In this document: positions 14,437 to 14,718 of the stretch, piece after piece
How positions within the stretch are numbered: the stretch's first letter is position 1
How the letters are laid out: every line of letters begins with the position of its first letter
IMG/VR virus record: IMGVR_UViG_2737471861_000012
Location: 1-14,718 of that record
Strand: one strand, 5' to 3'
DNA: 14,718 bases
DNA from: a virus
Lineage: Duplodnaviria > Heunggongvirae > Uroviricota > Caudoviricetes
Notes under the pieces: generated by a model
Databases searched by the model: none
The model's input: only the letters and a program-made list of their open reading frames with translations
Told to the model about the DNA's origin: nothing
Position numbers and translations under genes: made by a program

Positions 14437-14609
14437 TGGCAAAAGAGGGCCATGTTTTTAACCTTAGTCGCAGAGTTACGGAGTGCAACTACGAATGCTG
14501 CCGGTATATGGCTGAATAGCGTTTCAATGATGTACGTCATCTTATCTGTAAATGTTAATGATAAACGCTCTCATTTGTGCGGGTCCTTCCGGTGGGGTGG
14601 CCTGCCACG

Positions 14610-14621
14610 GGGCGGCGACCT
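14610..14621. other. cosN cohesive-end sequence of a lambda-type cos site (cosQ upstream, cosB downstream to the window end)
   Basis: GGGCGGCGACCT followed by CGCGGGTTTTCGCTATTTATGAAAATTTTCCGGTTTAAGGC... is nearly identical to my recollection of the left end of phage lambda; the upstream GCGGGTCCTTCCGGTG resembles the lambda right end. Confidence 0.7.
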
Positions 14622-14718
14622 CGCGGGTTTTCGCTATTTATGAAAATTTTCCGGTTTAAGGCATTTCCGTTCTTCTTCGTCGTAACTTAATGTTTTTATT
14701 AAAATACCCCCTGAAAAG

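Noticed and set aside
1-14718. Insertion sequences, integrase, toxin genes (e.g. stx) or a CRISPR array in the Q-lysis cargo region
   Set aside because: No transposase or integrase-like ORF, terminal inverted repeats of an IS, or toxin-like ORF was recognisable; the cargo is the two-gene cassette, the methyltransferase and the tRNA.

Overview
This window reads as the right arm of a lambda-like (lambdoid) prophage from an enterobacterium, running from the immunity region to the cos site. Left to right: a truncated leftward gene (1-159), a cI-like repressor with HTH plus S24 peptidase (863-1555, minus), a divergent cro-like gene, then a tightly coupled rightward early operon (cII-like, Rha, O-like replication initiator with internal iterons, PerC-like, LexA-DBD-only protein, RusA, KilA-N, DUF968, Q-like antiterminator; many start/stop overlaps of ATGA or TAATG type). 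Between Q and the lysis genes lies cargo: an AT-rich two-gene cassette on the opposite strand (8079-9478), a small winged-helix-like ORF, an orphan DNA methyltransferase and a tRNA-Gly(UCC)-like gene. Tandem terminators then precede a lysis cassette (holin-like, second membrane protein, GH108-type endolysin), followed by small membrane/lipoprotein ORFs and a lambda-type cos site (cosN about 14610-14621). The most interesting candidate is the AT-rich cassette: a soluble ~310-aa protein followed by a ~147-aa four-helix membrane protein, an architecture like RexA/RexB-type abortive-infection or exclusion modules. All family assignments rest on motifs recognised by eye and on gene order; no database search was run.
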